DNA of 64,000 nt from Eledone cirrhosa (GCA_964016885.1 OZ024751.1:40920001-40984000), one strand, 5' to 3'; positions 27,286-40,488 are shown, counted from the stretch's first letter. The notes: generated by a model not told the origin, from the letters alone. Numbers and translations are program-made.

Positions 27286-27967
27286 CCTATGGATGCTGAT
27301 CTATAAATACCAAGTGTCAAAGATCACATTTAGAATCACTTTAGGAATTCGCCGAGCAGTCGTTTAACTTAATAATGTTTCTATAGCAAAATTGATAATT
27401 GACAAATACCGCCAGTGCATAGAATGGAGATAGAAGCAAGACCGAACGACAGATAACTTTAGAAACAATATAACCATTGTCCAGTTAGTTATAATGACAC
27501 TAAGGTTAACTGTTTCGCTCTGCTACATAACGAAACATTCACCCAAGTGTGAAGTGTGAAGCCACAATATAAATTCTGGTATGTGTTACTGATATCTTCC
27601 ACATGTCGACACACGCTCATACACAAACATATACATACATACACAAACATAGACAAGCGCGCACACAAACATAGACAAGCGCGCACACAAACATAGATAT
27701 ACACACATGCAAACATACACATATACATTACACATATACATACACATACTCACATACACACACAAACATATACTCCTGCACAAACACACACACACATACA
27801 CAGACACGCACACACACACAGACATACACACACAAACATACACGTACACACCCACCAAACATACACGTACACGGGTGACTGTTTCTCACAGACACCTTAA
27901 CCATATCATTCCATAGCGTTTCAGTTTCTCTCCTTCACTTTAACCATTTTGGTTTCAATTTACAGTC

Positions 27968-28040
27968 AAATACCAGGACCCGACTGACCGTTTCCTCTTT
28001 GCACTGGCCCCTGTCGAGACCTCTGGTCCTTAGTCGCCTC
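27968..28040 (+). mobile_element. CRE-like non-LTR restriction-like endonuclease fragment
   Basis: KYQDPTDRFLFALAPVETSG, homologous to 38207-38530. Confidence 0.55.
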
Positions 28041-28054
28041 TCTTCTTGAACTAA

Positions 28055-28255
28055 TATGGTTTCTTATATAGGCACAAGGCCATCAATGTTGGGGGAGGGG
28101 AAGTCGATTAAATCGACCTCAGTGCGTTACTGGTACTTTATTTTATCGAGTCCGTAAGGATGAAAGGCAAAGTTAACCTCAGCGGGATCATAAAGGGCCG
28201 TAACTCTATTCTGGAAAGCATGGCGTCCGACCCTCTACCAAAACTGGCAATCCAC
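28055..28255 (-). mobile_element. SINE A
   Basis: GTAAGGATGAAAGGCAAAGTTAACCTC..CATGGCGTCCGACCCTCTACC. Confidence 0.85.
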
Positions 28256-28310
28256 TTCTTGAACCAATATATATGTTCGTCTTGTCATTTCTTGAATTAA
28301 TATATATATG

Positions 28311-28430
28311 TGAAGGCGTGTGGCTGAGTGGTTAGAGAATTGGATTCGCAATCGTAAGGTTGTGAGTTCGATTCCTGGACCAGGCGATGCGTTATGTCCT
28401 TGAGCAAGACACTTTATTTCACGTTGCTCG
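28311..28430 (+). mobile_element. SINE B head and core, 3'-truncated
   Basis: TGGCTGAGTGG, GTTCGATTCC, GTCCTTGAGCAAGACACTTTATTTCACGTTGCTC. Confidence 0.8.
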
Positions 28431-28603
28431 TTCTACCTGGAGTTGCGACCGATAGATAGTATTAGCAATTGGAAAGACCAACGGAAACATTGTTCCCTCG
28501 GTTCGATTTGACGAAAGTCGATCGTTCCTATATATATGATCTCGGAAATTTTACCCGCTATAGATAGATATATAACAAACGAATGGTTTATATATATATA
28601 TAT

Positions 28604-28970
28604 ATATTAATTCAAAATATTAACAAAAATAGACATTCTTGCGATCAAGTATATTTTATTATACATATTTCAGAGGTACTGAGCTAACTTCAACAGTACG
28701 TCCTCATCAGATAAAATAAGATGATGCATGACATACCCTGACATAGTAGATGGTTAAGATTCAGTCATCTGATGAGGACGTACTGTTGAAGTTAGCTCAG
28801 TACCACTGAAATATGTATAATAAAATGTACTTGATCACGAGAATGTCTATTTTTGTTAATATTTTGAATTAATATTAATAACTCCGGAAAACCAAACTGT
28901 TGAGTGCTTCCAATCTATTGTAAAACTCATTCTTTGATTTATTCATTGAACCTTTTTTAACCTTTAAATA
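28604..28970. mobile_element. Hammerhead-bearing fold-back element 2 in (TA)n
   Basis: ~109-bp inverted arms 28604-28712 and 28767-28875 with a few mismatches; tail hairpin 28881-28909. Confidence 0.85.
28652..28718 (-). ncRNA. Type I minimal hammerhead ribozyme
   Basis: minus strand TATTTTAT-CTGATGA-[GGACGTACTG..CAGTACCTCT]-GAAA-TATGTA-TA-ATAAAATA; perfect 8-bp stem I. Confidence 0.8.
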
Positions 28971-29217
28971 TATATATATATATATTTAATATGAGAGACA
29001 GAGGAATATGCATCTAATTAGGTCATGCGTACTAATTAGGTCACACGTACTAATTAGGTTAGATGTAATAATTAGTTTAGTTTTAAAAATGTTATTCATA
29101 ACACACAGATGTTCCAAATTTAGTTCATTCTTTAAATATAGTCATCACTGTCTAATTAGTCTTCCAGGAGAAGAAATATTCATCGCTTGTTATATATATA
29201 TATATATGTATATATGT

Positions 29218-29651
29218 AGGAGGTGAGTTTTATTGTAGTACAATAAAGCAATGCAGATATCGGATAAGAAGCACTCTACAGTTTGTAGGACTGGAGTATA
29301 CATAATATATAAGAACAAAAGAGGGTTAAAAGAGTTCCATGTATTTTATTATGCGCATTTCAAAAACAAATATCATCATGCAATAATATTTGTGTTTTCA
29401 TCAGATAAAACAGGAAGACATATGAAGGTTAAAAAACACTTGTGGATAGTGCAGTTTTAAATCAACATATCTTGATTTAAACATATGTTGATTTAAAACT
29501 GCACTATCCACAAGTGTTTTTTAACCTTCATATCATGCCTTCCTGTTTTATCTGATGAAAACACAAATATTATTGCATGATGATATTTGTTTTTGAAATG
29601 CGCATAATAAAATACATGGAACTCTTTTAACCATCTTTTGTTCTTATATAT
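29218..29651. mobile_element. Hammerhead-bearing fold-back element 3 in (TA)n
   Basis: ~166-bp inverted arms 29305-29470 and 29483-29651, 12-bp spacer; tail hairpin 29269-29297. Confidence 0.85.
29544..29614 (+). ncRNA. Type I minimal hammerhead ribozyme (mirror copy 29342-29412 on minus)
   Basis: TGTTTTAT-CTGATGA-[AAACACAAATATTATT-gcat-GATGATATTTGTTTTT]-GAAA-TGCGCA-TA-ATAAAATA; palindromic stem III. Confidence 0.8.
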
Positions 29652-29667
29652 ATATATATATATATAT

Positions 29668-29866
29668 AACGAAGGAGTTGTAGTAAGGAACCAGGTGGAC
29701 CATAACGCACCAGAGTACTCAATACTTAGGGTAGTAGAGTGGGTAATAGGAAAATGTTCAAGACCCCGCCGACGGCAGAGCTCAAGCCGTTTCGACGGCT
29801 ATTTCAGTCCTCCTGAAATAGCGGTCGAAACGGCTTCAGCTCTGCCGTCGGGGTCTTGAACATTTT

Positions 29867-29870
<4 letters not shown>
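29668..29870. mobile_element. GC-richer fold-back element in (TA)n; related fragments at 16197-16290, 25629-25724 and 61302-61420
   Basis: inverted arms 29747-29807 and 29813-29870; tail hairpin 29713-29740; only the GAAA half of a hammerhead core is visible. Confidence 0.75.
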
Positions 29871-29914
<44 letters not shown>

Positions 29915-29937
29915 TATATATATATATATATATATAT

Positions 29938-30056
29938 AATTGGTGTGGGATGCTTAAAGCGTCTGTAAGCGGTATGCCGTTTGAGCACTCGATGCTCTTA
30001 CGGAGTAGAGTATAATATCACATAAGAAACGGAGAATCAGTAGAGCGTTTCTTATG

Positions 30057-30060
<4 letters not shown>
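29938..30060. mobile_element. Short (TA)n-flanked remnant with the tail hairpin and a 17-bp inverted repeat
   Basis: minus ACTC-TACTC-cgtaa-GAGCA-TC-GAGT-GCTC at 29983-30011; ATATCACATAAGAAACG..CGTTTCTTATGCGATAT. Confidence 0.55.
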
Positions 30061-30104
<44 letters not shown>

Positions 30105-30310
30105 TAAAATAACAGATTAAAGTTTAAGCAAAGAATCGCTGCTTTCACCCTTAACGGGATCTTCTGCTATATATATAACAAGCGATGAATATTTCCTCTC
30201 CTGGAAGACTAATTATACATATGTATATGTATGTATATGTATGTATATTGTGTGTATATAAATGAAACAGTTCTAGTCCTGTAGAAGCTACTTCTATATT
30301 AAATGTGTTG

Positions 30311-30366
<56 letters not shown>

Positions 30367-30492
30367 CAAGTATATAGATAGAAACATACCTATTAAATTA
30401 CATTTAATTCTGAAAAGACGTGGCGATTGTATACTTTCATATATAATTCTTTACTTTCGTTTGAGCCATATATATTCAATTTTACCTTTGCA

Positions 30493-30598
<106 letters not shown>

Positions 30599-31249
30599 AT
30601 ATATATATGGATATATGTATGTACGCATGTATGGCTATATGTATATAAGTATGTATATAAATATATACGTTTATTATTTCTCTTAATTTCGAGTTTATTT
30701 TTGAGCGGCCATCTACAGTTTTATGATGCCTGTTATACAGAAAATAATTAAAGTTATAGTTCACAATATGATACTTTCACGAGAAATACCATTAACATTA
30801 CATCGTCCTAAAACGAAATATATGTTCTTTCTTTTAGAAACGACCATCTATCAGGTAGTTTGAATGGATATATAATTGGCGTTACACTATAACGTTCTCT
30901 AGAAAAAAAAAAAAGTCTTATGAAATTATTCTCGAGCTTCTTTTATTCCACCATACAATTGAATTTCGTGTTATTGCAAGCGTTTTGGTTTTGGTCTATT
31001 ATTAAGAAGGCAACAGAAATAAATAGATGTGCGGCAAAATAAGGTGGGGGGAAATAATCTAAAAGAATTCCCTATATAAACTATAAAACTGTAAAACTGT
31101 AAAACTGAATGAATTCGTCATTCCAAGTTAACTCAACCTCTCGAGTGATTTTAAATACTTTCTTCTTTCAATCCTATTAAATTGCTACAAAGCCATCCAT
31201 AAACATTGTGCAGAGAAGATGGTTATTTATGTGTTCTAACCAACAGGAT

Positions 31250-31777
31250 GAGACCATGCTGGATTCCATGCTGGGACAATACTGGCGCTATGCTGGGACA
31301 ATACTGGCGCTATGCTTGGGCCATGCTGGGATCATACTGGATTCCATGCTGGGACAATACTGGCGCTATGCTGGGGGCAATACTGGCGCTATGCTTGGGC
31401 CATGCTGGGATCATACTGGATTCCATGCTGGGACAATACTGGCGCTATGCTTGGGCCATGCAGGGACCATGCTGGAGCCAGGCTGGTACAATACTGGCGC
31501 TATGCTGGGACAATACTGGCGCTATGCTTGGGCCATGCAGGGACCATGCTGGAGCCAGGCTGGTACAATACTGGCGCTATGCTGGGACAATACTGGCGCT
31601 ATGCTTGGACCATGCAGGGACCATGCTGGAGCCAGGCTGGTACAATACTGGCGCTATGCTGGGACCATGCTGGGGCCATGCGGGAGCCACGCTGAGACAA
31701 TGCTGGAGCCATGCTGGGATCATCCTGGAACTATGCTGGGACCATGCTAGGACCATGCTGGAGCCATGCTGGGACCT
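31250..31777. repeat. GC-rich complex satellite of 11/22-bp subunits
   Basis: ATGCTGGGACA, ATACTGGCGCT and ATGCTTGGGCC modules in varying order. Confidence 0.9.
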
Positions 31778-31837
31778 TGCTCGTGTATCGCATGCTGATT
31801 TATCAACTTAAACCAGTAGAAGTAAATATGCGTTATC

Positions 31838-31839
31838 TG

Positions 31840-31870
<31 letters not shown>

Positions 31871-31936
31871 TGTATGTATGTATGTATGTATGTATGTATG
31901 TATGTATGTATGTATGTATGTATATATGTATGTATG

Positions 31937-31979
<43 letters not shown>

Positions 31980-32001
31980 TGTATGTATGTATGTATGTAT
32001 G

Positions 32002-32032
<31 letters not shown>

Positions 32033-32042
32033 TGTATGTATG

Positions 32043-32073
<31 letters not shown>

Positions 32074-32128
32074 TGTATGTATGTATGTATGTATGTATGT
32101 AATGTATGTATATATGTATAGATGTATG

Positions 32129-32159
<31 letters not shown>

Positions 32160-32181
32160 TGTATGTATGTATGTATGTATG

Positions 32182-32212
<31 letters not shown>

Positions 32213-32356
32213 TGTATGTATATATGTATAGATGTAATGTATGTAATGTATGTATGTATGTATATATGTATGTATGTAATGTATGTATGTATGTAATGTA
32301 TATATGTATGTAATGTATGTAATGTATGTATGTATGTATGTATGTATGTATGTATG

Positions 32357-32387
<31 letters not shown>

Positions 32388-32474
32388 TGTATGTATGTAT
32401 GTATGTATGTATGTATGTATGTATGTATGTATGATTGTATGTATGTATGTATGATTGTATGTATGTATGTAATG

Positions 32475-32508
<34 letters not shown>

Positions 32509-32559
32509 TATATGTATGTATGTATGTATGTAATGTATGTATGTATGTATGTATGTATG

Positions 32560-32590
<31 letters not shown>

Positions 32591-32647
32591 TGTATGTATA
32601 TATGTATAGATGTAATGTATGTAATGTATGTATGTATGTATGTAATG

Positions 32648-32678
<31 letters not shown>

Positions 32679-32787
32679 TGTATGTAATGTATGTATGTAT
32701 GTATGTATGATTGTATGTATGTATGTAATGTATATATGTATGTATGTAATGTATGTATGTATGTATGTATGTATGTATGTATGTATG

Positions 32788-32818
<31 letters not shown>

Positions 32819-32869
32819 TGTATGTATGTAATGTATGTATGTATGTATGTATGTGTGTATGTATGTATG

Positions 32870-32901
<32 letters not shown>

Positions 32902-32927
32902 TGTATGTATGTATGTATGTATGTATG

Positions 32928-32958
<31 letters not shown>

Positions 32959-32964
32959 TGTATG

Positions 32965-33003
<39 letters not shown>

Positions 33004-33097
33004 TGTATGTATATATGTATAGATGTAATGTATGTAATGTATGTATGTATATATGTATGTATGTAATGTATATATGTATGTAATGTATGTATGTATG

Positions 33098-33128
<31 letters not shown>

Positions 33129-33158
33129 TGTATGTATGTATGTATGTATGTATGTATG

Positions 33159-33192
<34 letters not shown>

Positions 33193-33239
33193 TGTATGTA
33201 TGATTGTATGTATGTATGTAATGTATGTATGTATGTATG

Positions 33240-33273
<34 letters not shown>

Positions 33274-33533
33274 TGTATATATGTATGTATGTAATGTATG
33301 TATGTATGTGTGTATGTATGTAATGTATATATGTATATATATATGTATGTAATGTATGTATGTATGTATGTATGTATGTAATGTATATATGTATATATAT
33401 ATGTATGTAATGTATGTATGTATGTATGTATGATTGTATGTATGTATGTAATGTATGTATGTATGTAATGTATATATGTATGTATGTAATGTATGTAATG
33501 TATATATGTATATATGTATATATGTATGTATGT
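31838..33533. repeat. 1.7-kb (ATGT)n with AATGT interruptions
   Basis: direct reading; source of the 570-aa artefact ORF. Confidence 0.95.
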
Positions 33534-33584
33534 GCGTGTGGACATGTAAATACTCGATTTAGTACCCGATCGCGCGTTTAGTCC

Positions 33585-33800
33585 GCCGGAAGTATAAGAC
33601 CCCTAGTTCTGGTCAGGACATCATTCTAGGGGAAGGAAAACTGATGTAAACTGATGTAAAACCCACGACTTGATGACAATCAATGATGTTTACCTGTTCT
33701 TCTTTTTTAGATACCTGTCACCATTGTTCAGAGAGTGGGACTGGTTCAGATCAAGCCCCTTCTTCACTTAAAAGACCTTTCAAGCAGAAGTAGCACTTGA
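33585..33800 (+). mobile_element. RTE-like 5'UTR block
   Basis: CCCTAG..GTCAGG.CAT..TCTAGG.GAAGG..AACT, ATGATGTT..TTCTTCTTTT and AGAGAGTGGGACTGG shared with 25.5-26.0 kb (minus) and 21.46-21.57 kb. Confidence 0.55.
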
Positions 33801-33928
33801 TCTAAAGGACTTTCACGTGTGTTGCGTGAGGATGGCCTTTTCTTTGTTTTTTCTTTCGCTGCAAAATACACAAAAAGGAATCTAAGTCCTTGGAGGGCTA
33901 AATATTAATGTTTGTGTAACCCATGTAG

Positions 33929-34310
33929 TGAAGGCGCATGGCTTAGTGGTTAGAGCATTGGGCTTGTAATCGAAAGGTTGTTAGTTCAATTCTCGGACCG
34001 GGTGATGTGTTGTTTCCTTGAGCAAGACACTTTATTTCACGTTGCTCCAGTCCATTGTGAAGGCGCATGGCTTAGTGGTTAGAGCATTGGGCTTGTAATC
34101 GAAAGGTTGTGAGTTCAATTCTCGGACCGGGTGATGTGTTGTTTCCTTGAGCAAGACACTTTATTTCACGTTGCTCCAGTTTACTCAGTTGTAGAAATGA
34201 GATGATAGGGCTGGGGGTCCCTATCATTAAATTACCCAAGACACCTCCAACGAGATATACCTTGGAGGAGGCCAGCTAAACCTGCATAGGTGTGAGCTGT
34301 CACACACACA
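33929..34310 (+). mobile_element. SINE B with a tandemly duplicated head+core (33929-34055, 34058-34310), tail type 2
   Basis: GAAGGCGCATGGCTTAGTGGTTAGAGC..GAGCAAGACACTTTATTTCACGTTGCTCCAGT twice. Confidence 0.85.
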
Positions 34311-34694
34311 AGCCATGTATGAAAAACAGGTGAGGGGATGGCAATTCTCGAAACTGCGATGCATCCATTGTATGTTTCTGCTAGGAAACCAATCATGTGT
34401 ACATCTAAAAGAAATTCTAAAAAATAATTATAACTAAATCTAAATCTACAAGCAAGCTTCTAAAATCTGTTATAATCAAAAACCTCTTCACGAAACTCGA
34501 TTATTTTATGAAATTGCAATCTTTGATATTTGGAAACTCCCATAAAATGGTGAAGAATATCATCAAGAGATTTTGTTCTATAATAAAATTACTTCAAAGT
34601 ATAAGAAACAACCATTTTGAGCAAAAGTTTCGAAAACTCGTTATAACCTTATTTAAATGAATTACGGCAAAGAGGACAAGTTGTATATTTTTCT

Positions 34695-35910
34695 TGGTGG
34701 TTGTGGTGGTGATGGTGGTGGTGGAGTGGTGATGGTGGTGGAGTGGTGATGGTGGTGGAGTGATGGTGGTGGGATGGTGCTGGTGGTGGAGTGATGGTGG
34801 TGGTGGAGTGGCGATGGTGGTGGAGTGGTGATGGTGGTGGAGTGATGGTGGAAGGATGGTGCTGTTGGTGGAGTGGTGATGGTGGTGGTGGAGTGGTGAT
34901 GGTGGTGGAGTGGTGATGGTGGTGGAGTGATGGTGGTGGGATTGTGCTGGTGTTGGAGTGATGGTGCTGGTGGAGTGGTGATGGTGGTGGAGTGATGGTG
35001 GTGGGATGGTGCTGGTGGTGGAGTAGTGATGGTGGTGGAGTGGTGATGGTGGTGGAGTGATGGTGGAAGGATGGTGCTGGTGGTGGAGTGGTGATGGTGG
35101 TGGTGGAGTGGTGCTGGTGGTGGAGTGATGGTGGTGGGATGGTGCTGGTGGTGGAGTAGTGATGGTTGTGGTGGAGTGGCGATGGTGGTGGAGTCGTGAT
35201 GGTGGTGGAGTCGTGATGGTGGTGGAGTGATGGTGGCGGGAGTGGTGGTGGTGGTGGAGTGGTGATGGTGGTGGTGGAGTCGTGCTGGTGATGGAGTGGT
35301 GATGGTGGTGGTGGAGTGGTGCTGGTGGTGGAGTGGTGATGGTGGTGGAGTGATGGTGGTAGGATGGTGCTGGTGGTGGAGTGGTGATGGTGGTGGTGGA
35401 GTTGTGATGGTGGTGGAGTGGTGATGGTGGTGGGATGGTGCTGGTGGTGGAGAGATACTGCTGGTGATGGTGATGATGGTCGTGATGTTTAGGTGGTGTG
35501 ATGATGGTTGGGTGGGGTGTGGTGGTGGTAGTGGGTGGGTGGAGTGATACTGCTGGTGATGGTGATGGTGGTGATGATGATGGTTGCAATAATGGCTGGT
35601 TGTAGTGGGGGTGGTGGTGGTGCTGATGGCTAGGTGGTGTGGTGATGGTGGGGGGGGGGGTGATGATGGTGGTGGTGGAGTGATACTGCTGGTGATGGTG
35701 ATGGTGATGGTGATGGTTGTGGTGATGGTGATGGTGATGGTTGTAATAATGGCTGGTTGTGGCGGCGGCGGTGGTCGTGCTAATGGCTAGGTGGTGAGGG
35801 TGATGGTGGTGGTGGTGGGGGTGGAGGTGCCGGTGTAGATGGCTAGGTGGTGTGGTGAGGGTGATGGGGGTGGGATGATGGTGCTGATGTGAGAGTGGAG
35901 GTGGTGAGGA
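34695..35910. repeat. (GGT/GAT/GGA)n cryptic trinucleotide array
   Basis: direct reading; source of the H/P/T-rich ORF. Confidence 0.95.
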
Positions 35911-36699
35911 GTCGTTGAGAAGTTAATCAACATCCTGGTATATATATTGATTAACAAATTCATTAAGCCAGTTTGATTTCGTTCGATCCTAACTGAAACA
36001 CTTAAATATTCCACAATCAATATTGTTACGAAACGATGGCTTCTATTTATCAACTAACCACTTTTTCCTCATAAATTTCAACGTAGAAAGTTGACAGCTC
36101 ATTTATTCTTGCTTTCGTTTACTATAATACAGTTCTCGCTATTGTAAGGTTTTAAAATTAAACAGAGTTATTAATAGTAATTAAATATAGCTTCATTTGC
36201 ATATTTAGATTTATTGGTCAGTCTTATTTCTTTCTTGTATTTGATGTTAATGTCTTCGGTTGTTCAGATTCCAACAACAGAACCTTGTATACATGACTGC
36301 ACACATACTCATATACAGTCAAACAAACTACCTTATATGTACATACATACACATACGCTCACACTCTCACCACCTTACACACACACACACACACACGCAC
36401 ACGCACACACACACACACGCGCGCACACACACACAACACACACCCACCATATATATATATATATATTCGCGTTCTGATATCCAACACACACAGCCAACAA
36501 ACCACCTTATAAACACAGACACATACACACACTGACACATATTCTCATACATACTCAACAAACCATCTTATACATACACACACACACTCACACATTCTCA
36601 TACACACTCAACAAACCATCTTATACACACGCACATATACACACACACATACACACACATACATACACACACACATACACACACATACACACATTCACA

Positions 36700-37570
36700 C
36701 ACACTATATACGTAAACACACGTTCAGATACTCAGACACACACACTATATACGTAAACACACGTTCAGATACTCAGACACACCTCATATATGTACACACA
36801 CGTTCAGATACTCAGACACACCTCATATATGTACACACACGTTCAGATACTCAGACACACACCATATATGTACACACACGTTCAGATACTCCAGACACAC
36901 ACCATATATGTACACACACGTTCAGATACTCAGACACACCTCATATATGTACACACACGTTCAGATACTCCAGACACACACCATATATGTACACACACGT
37001 TCAGATACTCAGACACACCTCATATATGTACACACACGTTCAGATACTCCAGACACACACCATATATGTACACACACGTTCAGATACTCAGACACACCTC
37101 ATATATGTACACACACGTTCAGATACTCCAGACACACACCATATATGTACACACACGTTCAGATACTCAGACACACACCATATATGTACACACACGTTCA
37201 GATACTCAGACACACACCATATATGTACACACACGTTCAGATACTCCAGACACACACCATATATGTACACACACGTTCAGATACCCAGACACACACCATA
37301 TATGTACACACACGTTCAGATACTCCAGACACACACCATATATGTACACACACGTTCAGATACTCAGACACACACCATATATGTACACACACGTTCAGAT
37401 ACTCCAGACACACACCATATATGTACACACACGTTCAGATACTCCAGACACACACCATATATGTACACACACGTTCAGATACTCCAGACACACACCATAT
37501 ATGTACACACACGTTCAGATACTCAGACACACACCATATATGTACACACTCGTTCAGATACCCAGACATA
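36700..37570. repeat. 39/40-bp minisatellite (~22 copies)
   Basis: ATATATGTACACACACGTTCAGATACTC(C)AGACACACACC. Confidence 0.95.
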
Positions 37571-37934
37571 TGTAACTATAAAATAAAACTTTGTGATATG
37601 AAACTCAACAAACATTCCCAATTCCAGTTGATCGTTACTCTATGTATAACATATGACCAACCTATCAATAATTACAACAGTCAATTTTTTCTTGGTATGT
37701 CACTATATAGTCGGCATTCGATTTTAGATATGCCTGGCACTCTTTTAACTGTGATCGATTTCAGAAACTGTTAAGGTTTTTAATTAACTTCTTATGAAAT
37801 GATTCAATATATGAATGTTGAGTCACAAAACATCTGATTAGCTTGCCACTACAAAAAGCGACTTGATGTTAATGTGGTTTATTTTGTCTACAGTCGTTTC
37901 AGTGAAGATCGCGTCTTGTGTATAGTACTGCTCA

Positions 37935-38140
37935 TCACAGCACGGCACAGCACAACACAGCGCAGTACATCACAGCACAGCACAACGCAGTATAAAACAA
38001 CACAACACAGGGCAGCTCAACACTACAACACAGCACGGCACAACACAACACAACGCAGCACTGCACAGTACAATACAAGACAACATAGAAAAGCACAACA
38101 CAACACAACACTACAACACAACACAACACAACACAGCCAA
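37935..38140. repeat. Degenerate (CACAR)n pentamer
   Basis: direct reading. Confidence 0.85.
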
Positions 38141-38206
38141 GACCAACAACACCGATGGGGTTGAAGAATCAGTTACAGCTAATCAATATGACTTTGTAAA
38201 TTTCCT

Positions 38207-38530
38207 GCAGAGGAACGGAAGATGACTAAATACATTAACTGATCGTTTCTTTCATGTCCCAGTCACCGTTGAGACCTCCGGCGTCCTCGGTCCCTGGACT
38301 GCCACACTAGTGTGGAAGATGACTAAATAGTAGGCATTGACCGTTTCTTTTCTGTGTCGGTAGCCGATGAAACCTCTAGTGTCCTTAGTCTCCAGACTGA
38401 TATTTTCCTCCGCAAAATCGCGATGAAGGCATCATGTCTAGAGAAGGACCCACGTGAGGAAGAATGGTTGACGTAGCGGACATTGCTGGCTGTTCTCCGC
38501 AATAATGCTATCACCATCTTTTCCACGAAA
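38207..38530 (+). mobile_element. CRE-like non-LTR retrotransposon 3' end (restriction-like endonuclease C-terminus), partly duplicated and disrupted
   Basis: AEERKMTKY..DRFFHVPVTVETSGVLGP, then DRFFSVSVADETSSVLSLQTDIFLRKIA..DPREEEWLT*RTLLAVLRNNAITIF; fits the CRE motif K..KY..F.P.AVET.G..G...QRLS.AV.RGNA. Confidence 0.75.
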
Positions 38531-39274
38531 CACAACTGACATATACCACCCACACAGGTTTACACCCCATCCTATTTTTCATCTACCTTTTTTTTTATTT
38601 TTTCATTCTTTTTATTTTTCTCCTAATGATATTGTAAACGCATTTTGAAAATTTGGAATGACTAAAGTTTTATATGTAATCAGTTTTAAGATTATGTTAT
38701 AAACTTTTAAAATTATACGTTATACACACAGTTATCTAGTTTAACATGCGCCACTGTATGAAACTAATCTCTGGAGCAGACACTGTCTCCAATCGGAAGA
38801 CCAACACGAATGAATAAATTTCTCCGCTAACCATACACACAACGATATAAAAATCGAAAAGTAGTATGCATTAATTTACAATTGATTATTTCCGATCACA
38901 GTTCAATAGCTTCAGTGGTATTTTTATCCATTATTCACCCAGTTCCGATATCACTTGTTGAAAACTCAGACATAATTCAACAGATTAAATTATCGCCAGA
39001 TAACCAGCTGAAATGGGAGGAATTGTCAAAGTTATAAAACATACGTTATTGTCGTTTTTTTTTTTTTTTTTTTTTTTGCTCTTTCTCTTCTTTCTCTTCG
39101 TTATTTTCCTCCTCTACCTTTCCCTTCTTTCGCTTATCTTTCATTCTTTCTCTGTTACCTTTATTTTAAAACTCTTTTACTAGTTTTAAGACAACGCCCA
39201 TGCTGGATTCTTTCACTTTTCTTCCATTCTTCTCTTACCTTTTTTTCACTCTTTTACTAGTGTTAAGACAATCG

Positions 39275-39990
39275 ATTCTATTGATCCCAGTAATTGACTG
39301 GTAGTTTATTTTATCGATCTCGGAAAGATGAATGTCAAAGTTGACTTCCTTGGCGTGATTTGAACTCAGAACGTACAAGTGTGGGCTGAAAAGTTCATAG
39401 GCTGACTATGAAGGAGTGATGCTAGAGCTGTGAAATCTTGTATGCATTAATTTCAACTCTTCTTATTAATAACTGCATTATTTATTTCTAGAGACTATGT
39501 TGAAAAATAAACCTCATGTGGTCATTCCATGAGAGTATCTTGTGACCAATATACTTTTCAGTGTCATATTTATTGTCATTTTTTCTTTCATTATAATGAT
39601 TTCTAATTTAGGCACAAGGTCAGCAATTTGAGGGGGGTGGGGTGGGGAATGAGAAAGTCGATTATATCGACCCTAGTATTTGACTGGTATTTTATTTTAT
39701 CGAGTTAGGAAAAATAAAAGTCAAAGACAAAGTTGACATCCTCAGCGTGATTTGAATTCAGAACATAGAAGATCGTAATGAAAATAACTACAATGTATAA
39801 CACCCAAGATTTGGAAAGCCACCATTATAATAATTGTTTCTACTTTTGGCACAAGGCCAGCAATTGCCCAGTGTATTACTGGTACTTTATTTTATCGACC
39901 CCGTAAGACTGAAAGGCAAAGTTAACCTCGGCGGGATTTGAACTCAGAACGTAGAAGATCGTAATGAAAAGAACTACAATGCATATCATC
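39275..39990 (-). mobile_element. Cluster of three SINE A copies, the first interrupted by a MITE
   Basis: family A body at ~39275-39375, 39590-39790 and 39825-39990. Confidence 0.75.
39374..39566 (+). mobile_element. Mariner-like MITE
   Basis: begins TACAAGTGTGGGCTGAAAAGTTCATAGGCTGAC; degenerate inverted end ATACTTTTCAGT; body matches the 41.3-41.8 kb units. Confidence 0.6.
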
Positions 39991-40394
39991 CAAGACAATA
40001 ACAATTCTTTGAAAGCCACCATTATAATAATAAACTTCACAATACACACCAATTCCCAGTTCCCTTTGTGCGTCACCACGATTTTTTTTTTCATTGCGCT
40101 CACTCTATTATACTTCCGTTCATTTTTTGGGGGTTATCGTTATTTTTATCCATTCTTTCCCAGCTTATCTTTATAAGTTCGCATCTTTAATCTATCAGAG
40201 TTTTGCCTGAGTAACTGCACTGGTTAAATACTGCTCATATGTCATATTCTGCAGACAAAAACTAAACAGATTAACAGCGGTCGTCGGTCGTCGTCCTATG
40301 ATCTTATCTTCCCGCAGTGTCAGATGGAAATACTAAATAACAATGAAAGCATGTTAATATATTTCTTCTTTCTTCACCACTATATTATTGTACG

Positions 40395-40488
<94 letters not shown>

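Noticed and set aside
31833-33545. 570-aa ORF
   Set aside because: (ATGT)n artefact
34594-35589. 331-aa His/Pro/Thr-rich ORF
   Set aside because: Cryptic trinucleotide repeat
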